Source: Fibrobacteria bacterium
GTDB taxonomy: Bacteria; Fibrobacterota; Fibrobacteria; UBA11236
DNA length: 12,550 nucleotides
NCBI GenBank assembly: GCA_043732185.1
Contig: JAYTHY010000061.1
Coordinates: 1 to 12,550, forward strand
Reading direction: 5' to 3'
This document shows positions 6,500-12,550 of the stretch, in pieces. Below the pieces are notes generated by a model that saw only the letters and a list, made by a program, of their open reading frames with translations, made no database searches and had not been told where the DNA came from. The first letter of the stretch is position 1. Each line of letters starts with the position of its first letter. The position numbers were made by a program, and so were the translations under genes.

Positions 6500-8584
6500 T
6501 TAGAGCATGGAAAGGGGATCCATGTCAGCGCGTAGCTTGGTTTTATTTGGGTCTTTGGGATTATAGCGTTCGAGGGCCTGATGCAGGGCCCATTGCAATT
6601 GATTCTGCGCCTTACCTTTGCCAATGATTTGAGAACGGAATTGGTCTTTAATTTTTTTCATCACGGCGAATGCAGGTCCAAGCACGATTATGTCCGCTTG
6701 GGCAGCAAAATGCTGAAAGGCTTCCGAGAATTGGCGCATGTGTTCCGACACCAACTTTTCATCATTGCCGGTGATTTCGATCAGCAGTAATTTCCGAAAC
6801 GGTGGATACTCGAGTTCGCTGCGGCGGTCGATTTCGGCTCGGTAGTAGCTTTTATAATCATGTGAAATCGCGAATCCGAGTAAGGCGTTTTCCGGTTTAT
6901 ACGTTTGTAGGAAGACTTCTCCTGAGTTTTGATGGCGGCCTGCTCTTCCAGCCACTTGGGTAATGAGCTGAAAGGCTCTTTCTTGCGCACGGAAATCGGA
7001 AAGACCAAGTCCGGAATCCGCATCCACCACCCCTACTAGATTCACTTTGGGGAAATCATGGCCTTTGGCAACCATTTGCGTGCCGAGGAGAATTTGGAAA
7101 TCTCCGCGCTTGAAACCGGATAAGATTTTTTCCGCACCACCCAAAGTTGCAGTGCTGTCACGGTCGAGACGGGCAATGGCGGCTGATGGAAAAATGGATT
7201 CAAGATACTCTTCCACTTTTTCAATACCCCGGCCCACATCAAGCCATGCTGTTGCCGAGCACTTGAGGCAGGGCGCATTGGCGGGTATATGGAAGCCGCA
7301 ATAATGACACAGCACTAGCTGTTTGGATTTGTGGAAAACCAATGGTGCAATACAATGTGGGCATTGTCTGGGTTCACCGCAACTTTTACAAACGCGCTTA
7401 TGGGCATAACCCCGGCGGTTCAGGAATAGAATGGCCTGCTCGCCGGCCGCCAGCGCTTTTTGCATGGCCTCGCGGAGCGGAATGGAAATGAGCAAACTGC
7501 CTTGCAATTGATATTGTTCTCTCATATCGACAATGCGTATGCGCGGTGGGAGCGATCCGGTAGCCCTTTGGTGCAATTCCAGGAGTTGGTATTTTCCTGA
7601 GAGAGCGGAATGGTAGGTTTCCAGCGCGGGAGTGGCACTGCCTAAAACTACAGGACAACCTTCCTGGCGGCCGCGATATAGGGCCAGATCGCGGGCGTTG
7701 TAGCGAGGTGATGCGTCGGACTGTTTATAGCTGCCATCGTGTTCTTCATCTACCACAATAAGGCCAAGGTTGTCGATGGGGCAGAGGACCGCGGACCGGG
7801 CTCCAACGATCACATCGGCTTGCCCAGTGAAAACGGATCGCCAAAGCTCCCGGCGCTGCTGGGCCGAAAGGTTGCTGTGTAGAGCCAGTACTGGGCGTTC
7901 TAGAAAATTCCGAAAGCGTTCCAAAGTCTGTGGTGTAAGCGCAATTTCCGGAAGCAGCACCAGCACGCGGCGGCCTTGCGCTAAAGCTTTTCGGGCCAAG
8001 TGCAAGTACACCAAAGTTTTTCCGCTACCGGTCACCCCATGGAGCAAGTATGTCTGAAACCGGAATGGGTTTAAGCTTTCTGTGACGGCTGAGATTGCCA
8101 ATTGCTGTTCCGGTGTAGGAATGAAATCTTTTGCCGCCTGTGGATGAGAAAGGTCACCGGGCAAGGCTGATTCGAGAGGCGGTGGTAATTTTTTAGCCCG
8201 TCTTTTTGCGCTAGGTTCGCTCGCCGTTTTACTGGCAAACTTAGTGGTTCCAAAGAGAAAATCAAGCGCCGGTTTCGGCATACACGCGGCAAAAACCTGA
8301 GGCAAAGGGGTGAAATAATACGCACTCAGCCATTTCAACAGTTCGATCCAGGCGATGGGCACCTTGGCGTTTTCCGGAGCTTGGCGAACGATAGACTTGG
8401 TCTTGAACGTTAAATCCGGACGACCGATTTCCACGACTATACCGGCCACGATTTTGGACATGAGAGGGGCCTGCACAATTGATCCCACTTGGATTTGCGA
8501 GTCCTGGACTCCATCCAAATCGTACCAAAAGGGCTCAGACATGCCACCTGGCAGTAATACCTTAGCTTTCAGAGACTTTTCCAA
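6500..8584 (-). CDS. priA: primosomal protein N' (replication restart helicase PriA)
   Basis: TTG start. Walker A LLHGVTGSGKT, PEIALTPQ, GARSA, VDEEHD.SYKQ, GSATP, LNRRG, four CxxC Zn motifs, GTQMVAKGHDFP and QVAGRAGR. Confidence 0.97.
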   Translation of the reverse strand: MEKSLKAKVLLPGGMSEPFWYDLDGVQDSQIQVGSIVQAPLMSKIVAGIVVEIGRPDLTFKTKSIVRQAPENAKVPIAWIELLKWLSAYYFTPLPQVFAACMPKPALDFLFGTTKFASKTASEPSAKRRAKKLPPPLESALPGDLSHPQAAKDFIPTPEQQLAISAVTESLNPFRFQTYLLHGVTGSGKTLVYLHLARKALAQGRRVLVLLPEIALTPQTLERFRNFLERPVLALHSNLSAQQRRELWRSVFTGQADVIVGARSAVLCPIDNLGLIVVDEEHDGSYKQSDASPRYNARDLALYRGRQEGCPVVLGSATPALETYHSALSGKYQLLELHQRATGSLPPRIRIVDMREQYQLQGSLLISIPLREAMQKALAAGEQAILFLNRRGYAHKRVCKSCGEPRQCPHCIAPLVFHKSKQLVLCHYCGFHIPANAPCLKCSATAWLDVGRGIEKVEEYLESIFPSAAIARLDRDSTATLGGAEKILSGFKRGDFQILLGTQMVAKGHDFPKVNLVGVVDADSGLGLSDFRAQERAFQLITQVAGRAGRHQNSGEVFLQTYKPENALLGFAISHDYKSYYRAEIDRRSELEYPPFRKLLLIEITGNDEKLVSEHMRQFSEAFQHFAAQADIIVLGPAFAVMKKIKDQFRSQIIGKGKAQNQLQWALHQALERYNPKDPNKTKLRADMDPLSML

Positions 8585-8585
8585 C

Positions 8586-8615
8586 TGGACTTATCTTCCC
8601 ACCATTCCCTATAAT
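8586..8615 (+). promoter_or_regulatory. probable sigma70 promoter upstream of the FapA/HD-GYP operon
   Basis: TGGACT (8586-8591), 18 bp spacer, TATAAT (8610-8615). Confidence 0.45.
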
Positions 8616-8764
8616 ATATTCACATCGCAACTCCAGATTGGATTGGACCTTAGGGATAATCCTAAAGACTGGTTCAAGTGTTGCGGAGGAATGCCGTGCA
8701 CGCCGAAAAAACTTTACCCATTCCGACCGTGGGACACTGTCCCGGGCGGCGGTATTGACCTAAA

Positions 8765-10291
8765 ATGGGTTCAACCATGCTTTCTCCAAACTCTGATCCA
8801 ACTCCATCCACTGGCCCCCCTTCATCGGAATCGCCAGCAGATGCAGCTTCGCCCGCTGGGAATGAACCGGCAGCTGAAGAGGTATTGGAAGGCGATCGAG
8901 TCAAAATCAACGTTCGAATTTCGGAAGACAAGCTAAGCGCCTACGTTTCCCTGCATCCTCCGTCAGGGAGAATTAAAGGCACCTTGGATGCGGATACCAT
9001 AACCCAGGAGCTGAAATCCCTTGGCATTGGTATCGATTATATGGATCACGAGGCCATTCAAGCTCTCATTGACACATGGAATAAAACCCGTGCTGTGGTC
9101 GAAGAAAAACAGGTTGCTGAGGCTAAAGATCCTCCCTTGCCAGGAGAAAATGCGCGCATTGAATACCTGGTTGATCCAAATTTGAAATTTGCCTCTCCGG
9201 AGGACACTGGCAGCATTGATTTCAAGAATGTAAATCTTATCAAGCCCGTAAAAAAGGGGCAGCCCCTGGCCCGCAAGCACACTTCCACCAAGTCCGCCCC
9301 GGGAATGGATCTTTTTGGGCAAGCGTGTATAGGCGTGGATGGTACGGATGTGGAGCTTCCCTTAGGCACTAATACCGAAGTGTCGCCTACCGATTCTCTT
9401 ATCCTGATAGCATCGGTATCGGGGTTTCTGCAGCAGAAGGTCGGATTGCTTCTGGTCAATGAATGCTTTGTGGTGGAAGGCAATGTGGATTATTCCACCG
9501 GTAATATTATTTATGAAAACTCAGCCATGATTAAGGGTGATGTCACTGATGGCTTTACTCTTAATGTAGGCGGTGCTCTTGAAATCGGCGGAGTGGTGGG
9601 CGAAGCCAAACTTATTGTGGGTGGCGATGTACTGATCAAAAAAGGGTTCGTCGGCACCGGGCAAGGCTTGATTACCGCAAAGGGAAATATCAATTTGGGT
9701 TTCTCCTCGAACCAGACCATACGGGCTCATGGAGATATTTTATTGGAAAAAGAAAGTTTCAATTGCCAGATGTTTTCCAGGAAATCCATTTCCGTGTTTG
9801 GGCCCTTGGTAGGTGGCCTCACGATGGCCTATACCGAAATGCAATGCAAAATTGCCGGCAATGATATGGGCACCAAAACCGAATTGGAATTGGGCAAGGA
9901 TTACGTCTTGCATGAAAATAAAATTGCGTTGGAAGAGAAGCTGAAAGAGTTGACTTCGCATCTCGCAAAGATAAACCTGAAGCTGAAAGCTTTTAAAGAA
10001 ATCTATCGGACGCGTAAGCGGTTTTCTTCCAGCGAAGCAAAGATATTGTTACAACTTCGAGACGTACAAGAGCAGGTTATGGCCAGGCTTCCCGAGTTGG
10101 AAAAGCGGAAAGTGGCCATTCAAGAACAAATTCGCTTAGGCTATTTGCGTGAGGGGATTCGCCTACGGGTAGAGAAACGGGTCAATGCCGGTGTTATCAT
10201 CAAAATTGGGGCGGAATGTCAACGCATTCAGGAATCCGTTCCCGGACCCAGAGTTTTTCTCTACCAGCAAGGTCGCATCAAGGTTTTTTAA
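8765..10291 (+). CDS. FapA family protein (DUF342; flagellar assembly protein A-like)
   Basis: VRISEDKLSAYV, PLPGENARIEY, GSIDFKNVNLIKPVKKGQPLA and V.GNVDYSTGNI motifs, beta-helix repeats (GDV.., GALEIGGVV, GGDVLIKKG) and a C-terminal coiled coil. An alternative start is possible at 8777. Confidence 0.9.
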   Translation: MGSTMLSPNSDPTPSTGPPSSESPADAASPAGNEPAAEEVLEGDRVKINVRISEDKLSAYVSLHPPSGRIKGTLDADTITQELKSLGIGIDYMDHEAIQALIDTWNKTRAVVEEKQVAEAKDPPLPGENARIEYLVDPNLKFASPEDTGSIDFKNVNLIKPVKKGQPLARKHTSTKSAPGMDLFGQACIGVDGTDVELPLGTNTEVSPTDSLILIASVSGFLQQKVGLLLVNECFVVEGNVDYSTGNIIYENSAMIKGDVTDGFTLNVGGALEIGGVVGEAKLIVGGDVLIKKGFVGTGQGLITAKGNINLGFSSNQTIRAHGDILLEKESFNCQMFSRKSISVFGPLVGGLTMAYTEMQCKIAGNDMGTKTELELGKDYVLHENKIALEEKLKELTSHLAKINLKLKAFKEIYRTRKRFSSSEAKILLQLRDVQEQVMARLPELEKRKVAIQEQIRLGYLREGIRLRVEKRVNAGVIIKIGAECQRIQESVPGPRVFLYQQGRIKVF

Positions 10292-10309
10292 AGGTTTAGT
10301 AGGAAAAAT

Positions 10310-11503
10310 ATGGATCCAATATCAAAAGATGATGAGGAACTCGATTCAATCCTGGCATTGAATCTAGATAGCCTAGCTACTCTGGGATTGGATGACGCCT
10401 CTTTCCAGGAGAGCCAGGAGGCCTCTCCTATGACATTAGAAAAACGGACGGCCGCTAGCTCCCGCTTGGCGGGCTTGCAAGAAATTTGGAACAAAGGCAA
10501 TCTTGGCGACAACCCTTCTGGACTTCCTATGTCCAGAGGCATGGATGCTGCGCGTATTGAAGAAAGGACCTTGACCTACAAGGCCACGGTACTAAAGTTG
10601 TACGACTCGTCGATTATCCAAGTACGGGAAATGTACGATCTCATCTGCCTAGGTGAAATTACAGCTGTCATTCCTGCGCGGAATCTCGTCGGATCCTTTC
10701 TTGATATTATGGAAAAGGATCGGAACATTCTTTTGGCTTTATGCTTTTACCAAAGCCCCAATTTATCGGACTATTTGTATAGGCATTCGGTGAATATCTG
10801 TCTGGTTTCGTTAGCTACTGCAGCGGCGTCCGGTTACTCTAAGAATCAAGTTTTGGAAATCGGGGTTGGCGCGTTGCTAGCGGACATCGGCATGTCCATG
10901 GTTCCAGAAGCGATTCTACTGAAGGCAGGCAAACTCGCGGAAGAAGAAATGGCCGAGATCCACAGACACACTTCCAATAGCTTCGCACTTTTGGAGAAAT
11001 TGGAAGGGGCTTCGGACATCATCCTTGCAGCCGCGTATCAGCATCATGAGCGTCTTAGCGGATCCGGTTATCCCAAACACCGCACCACCCCGCAGATCTC
11101 AAAAGCCGCTCGAATCATTGGAATTGCTGACACCTTATGCGCCATGGTTCACAAACGATCCCATCGAGAGGCCATGACACCGCATGCCGCTTTGGATAAA
11201 GTCACCAAAATGGGTCAGATGAATTTTCTGGATGCTGCCATCATCAAGGACCTAATCCGCTACCTTTCGATATTTCCAATCGGCACGTTTGTCGAGCTAG
11301 CCAGCGGCCGCATGGGCCGTGTGATTGCCGCGCACAGCGAAGATTCGGCCCGACCAATCATTGCCGTTCTACGCAATGAAAAAGGCCAACCGCTGCTCTT
11401 TAAGCAAATTATACAAGTGGATTTGCTCAAGGAAAAGGCGGATCGAGTGCTTAAAGTTTTGGAAGGAGAATCGGCAAAATTTAAACCCCTGGACGGATTT
11501 TAA
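10310..11503 (+). CDS. HD-GYP domain protein with a degenerate HD motif
   Basis: YLYRHSVN, ALLADIG (canonical LLHDIG), ILLKAGKL, YQHHERLSGSGYP, ARIIGIAD and FPIGTFVELASG. AGGA RBS upstream; starts 18 bp after the FapA stop. Confidence 0.88.
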   Translation: MDPISKDDEELDSILALNLDSLATLGLDDASFQESQEASPMTLEKRTAASSRLAGLQEIWNKGNLGDNPSGLPMSRGMDAARIEERTLTYKATVLKLYDSSIIQVREMYDLICLGEITAVIPARNLVGSFLDIMEKDRNILLALCFYQSPNLSDYLYRHSVNICLVSLATAAASGYSKNQVLEIGVGALLADIGMSMVPEAILLKAGKLAEEEMAEIHRHTSNSFALLEKLEGASDIILAAAYQHHERLSGSGYPKHRTTPQISKAARIIGIADTLCAMVHKRSHREAMTPHAALDKVTKMGQMNFLDAAIIKDLIRYLSIFPIGTFVELASGRMGRVIAAHSEDSARPIIAVLRNEKGQPLLFKQIIQVDLLKEKADRVLKVLEGESAKFKPLDGF

Positions 11504-11573
11504 AGTTGTGGTGCAACCAATCTGGCAATGAAATTGTTTGGCCATTAGTTTAAACAAAGTGTAGCTTGATCCC

Positions 11574-12227
11574 ATGTTTCTGAAAACTCCCCGCCTAGCC
11601 CTTAAGTTTGTTGGATTCTTATCACTTGTGTGCATTGGTTCACCCGTTTTATCACAAACAACACCTCCTGCCTTGGAGCCGGTCGATCTATTGCCAGCCC
11701 TGCTCAGCCCAGGTGAAAAGCTTATGTGGGGTGAACACGGGTTGATGCGTGCCACCGGGGCTTTCCCGCTTACGGAAGAATCGCGATTAAAAGAATTAAA
11801 TCTTCGTCGCACAATGTTGACGGCGCATGAAATTGGTGGCTTCCTGACATTGGGTGCCATGGTTACCACAGTCGTTTACGGTCAGTTGACGTTGAATGGA
11901 GATAGGCGTTTTGCAGACACGCATACAAATTGGGCGGCGGCGACAATTTTCAGTTATTTTCTGACCGCGTCCATGTCTTTATTGTGTCCGCCACCTATGG
12001 TTCGCCGGAACAATTGGAACACGGTTTCCATTCATAAAGGCTTAGCATTCATCCACTTTACCGGTATGATCCTTACTCCTTTGCTCGCGGATGGCATTGC
12101 CCTGGATGAAGGGCGCTCGAACACAAGCCAAACTAAAATAGACCGGGACAAAGCCCGCGTCCATCAAATTTCCGGATATATCACCACGGCGGCTTTTGCC
12201 AGCGCATTGATGGTGATTACTTTTTGA
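11574..12227 (+). CDS. hypothetical membrane protein: signal peptide + about 4 TM helices, each with an N-terminal His
   Basis: 217-aa ORF with hydrophobic helices starting at AHEIGG, THTNWA, IHKGLAFIH and VHQISGY. Confidence 0.75.
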   Translation: MFLKTPRLALKFVGFLSLVCIGSPVLSQTTPPALEPVDLLPALLSPGEKLMWGEHGLMRATGAFPLTEESRLKELNLRRTMLTAHEIGGFLTLGAMVTTVVYGQLTLNGDRRFADTHTNWAAATIFSYFLTASMSLLCPPPMVRRNNWNTVSIHKGLAFIHFTGMILTPLLADGIALDEGRSNTSQTKIDRDKARVHQISGYITTAAFASALMVITF

Positions 12228-12346
12228 TTTAAGGTTTCCCCCGATTTTTGAGAAATAAACTCATGGATTAGCATGCCACTTTTGGCATTCCACTGTACAT
12301 AATCATGTGGGTTATTCAGCAGTATAAAAACCGGAACTGGAGGGCT

Positions 12347-12550
12347 ATGTCCTTATTTAAACTATTCCAGGGAAAGTTATTCCCCTTATTTATTAGCCTT
12401 ATCATAATGGTCCAAGTTTTAGCTAATGCGGGTCCAGGTGGGATTGTGGCCAACACGAACCTGGCTTTGCCCAAAGCATACAATTTTCAGGAATACCAAT
12501 TTCCAGAACCCGCTGATTCTAAAACGTGTAAGGGCGCATCGAATGCCACC
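12347..12550 (+). CDS. 5' part of a probable secreted protein (MSLFKLFQGKLFPLFISLIIMVQVLANAGPGGIV...), truncated by the window edge
   Basis: GGAGG RBS just upstream of the ATG at 12347. 68 open codons to the end of the window, with a signal-peptide-like N-terminus ending in ANA. Confidence 0.7.
   Translation, partial: MSLFKLFQGKLFPLFISLIIMVQVLANAGPGGIVANTNLALPKAYNFQEYQFPEPADSKTCKGASNAT

Noticed and set aside
8620..8760. tRNA, SRP RNA or c-di-GMP-I riboswitch call for the structured intergenic region
   Set aside because: No T-loop/cloverleaf, no SRP GGAA/AGCAG motif and no GCAAA...GAAA...GGGACGCAAA-type consensus. Kept only as an unclassified structure.
8355..8936. 193-aa plus-strand ORF spanning the priA start, intergenic region and fapA start
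   Set aside because: It overlaps two real genes and their promoters and has no recognisable domain.
11523..11538. sigma54-like TGGCAATGAAATTGTT before the membrane-protein gene
   Set aside because: The -12 element reads GT instead of the near-invariant GC.
11369..11869. 166-aa minus-strand ORF
   Set aside because: It is antisense to two plus-strand genes and is most likely spurious.
1..12550. CRISPR array, IS element or anti-phage defence system
   Set aside because: I saw no regularly spaced repeats, transposase, nuclease or defence-type domains.

Overview
Bacterial chromosomal window, probably from a Fibrobacterota-like genome (inferred from a TIGR02147-family gene paired with a lipoprotein gene). 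From left to right: the first 12 codons of a minus-strand gene with its own strong sigma70-type promoter; two translationally coupled NfeD genes on the minus strand (long Ser/Lys-protease form and short OB-fold form); a divergent TIGR02147/DUF4423 gene coupled to a lipoprotein gene; a minus-strand run of priA, an orphan ABC-type solute-binding lipoprotein and a dimeric all-alpha dUTPase; a divergent FapA (DUF342) gene followed by an HD-GYP gene whose HD motif has degenerated to AD; a four-helix membrane protein with cytochrome b561-like histidines; and the start of a secreted protein. I saw no rRNA, tRNA, CRISPR array or transposase. The best leads are the TIGR02147-lipoprotein module with repeated upstream TATTACA boxes, the degenerate HD-GYP protein next to FapA, the putative di-heme membrane protein, and two structured leader regions. 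All family assignments come from motif recognition by eye; no database search was run.
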